From Antedon mediterranea (Eukaryota; Animalia; Echinodermata): a DNA stretch of 64,000 nucleotides. The notes under the pieces are model-generated. The model had not been told where the DNA came from and searched no databases. It was given only the letters and a program-made list of their open reading frames with translations. The stretch covers positions 16,138,871 through 16,202,870 of the forward strand of contig NC_092676.1 in NCBI RefSeq assembly GCF_964355755.1. The letters are read 5' to 3'. Of this stretch, positions 63,087-64,000 are shown one piece after another. Every line of letters begins with the position of its first letter. The stretch's first letter is position 1. Both the position numbers and the translations under genes were made by a program.

Positions 63087-64000
63087 GGGCGCGATTTTTT
63101 TTTTCGTACATAAGTTGGGGACCCCCTCATGAAACGTCACAAAATAAACATGAATAATTCATCAGTTAAATTTTCTTGTTCCGTGTGCACCCAAGCGTAT
63201 AGCAACAAGAAGTGATTACACAAGTGCGGTACGATTCTAGGCCTCCTATCTCCGCTGTTGTTGCGGCGTGCGATTTCATAGAAGAATAGCGGCGTTTTGT
63301 GTGGATTGTTGAAATAATTAGCCTTTAGTTTATGGTGCTTTTAATATAATTTATTACTAAAGAATTACGTGTTAAAATTATAGTTTCTATTAATACTATT
63401 AGGCCTAATTATTAGTCTCTAAACCCATGTCTATTCTAGTAGTAGCTGTGTGGGTGTGTGTGACCTGTGTGTGTTAGGTATGACCAAAGATAGTTACACT
63501 ATCTTTGGTATGACACAATCCGAGTAATAAGTCAGCAAAATTAAACAATAAACATTACACAAAAATACATTTTTTATTCTCGTGGGTCAAATCTTCCCAT
63601 CTCATGTGTACGCGCATTTTTAAAGTTCCTTTGAGTACATGCATATTGTTTGATAATAAAATAGCAGAATTAAAAAAATACAGTACACAAATTATACACA
63701 TTCTTTATTCTTGTGGGTCTAAGCTTTCTTTGGGCAATGTCCAATGAATTACTACTTAGTTTAATGTCTTGCCTAGCTGTCGATTAGCCTCGACTCGACA
63801 CATTTTGTGTGAAGAAGAGTGCGCGAAGGCAATCACGTGAATTGACTTAGAATCCTAGGCCTACTGTAGAAAGTATCGTATCGCAGTTGTGTAATCACTT
63901 CTTGTTGCTATACGCTTGGGTGCACACGAAACAACAAATTTAACTGATGAATTATTCATGTTTATTTTGTGACGTTTCATGAGGGGTCCCCAACTTATGT
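63087..64000. mobile_element. MITE with long TIRs; right end runs off the window
   Basis: ACATAAGTTGGGGACCCC(C)TCATGAAACGTCAC.. (63109) is inverted at 63936-64000. Inverted similarity extends ~140 bp. Confidence 0.82.

Noticed and set aside
63045-63090. 45-nt copy of 56070-56116
   Set aside because: It is a fragment of the same LINE family at a repeat junction, with no independent feature supportable.

Overview
AT-rich eukaryotic genomic DNA with spliceosomal introns. The repeat and gene content suggests a marine invertebrate; that taxon call is inference only. There are three apparently intact genes. (1) A 10-exon CRYZL1/FERRY4 gene (8499-14584, +) containing a U12-type minor intron. (2) A 5-exon iodothyronine-deiodinase-like selenoprotein gene (21737-25129, +) that the ORF track fragments. 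It has an in-frame TGA (Sec) at 22655-22657 in the motif RPLLIVTSSAS-U-PPF, a type-2 SECIS at about 25588-25660, and no N-terminal transmembrane anchor. (3) A single-coding-exon RING/B-box/coiled-coil/NHL TRIM gene (32853-34541, -). The deiodinase-like gene lies in a collapsed tandem duplication: a remnant paralog (exon 1 plus orphan SECIS, 53.5-54.9 kb) and a 48-nt exact copy of its exon 4 joined to a TRIM fragment (31.7 kb). The first 8 kb holds two satellites with higher-order repeats. The rest is dense with transposons: a BEL/Pao element with a nested Gmr1-like Gypsy, a second deleted Gypsy, several LINE clades, MITE/HINE elements, and a 3.6-kb palindromic Academ-like element inserted in a Tx1-like LINE. 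Gene models were read by eye from splice signals and remembered family motifs; no database search was run.
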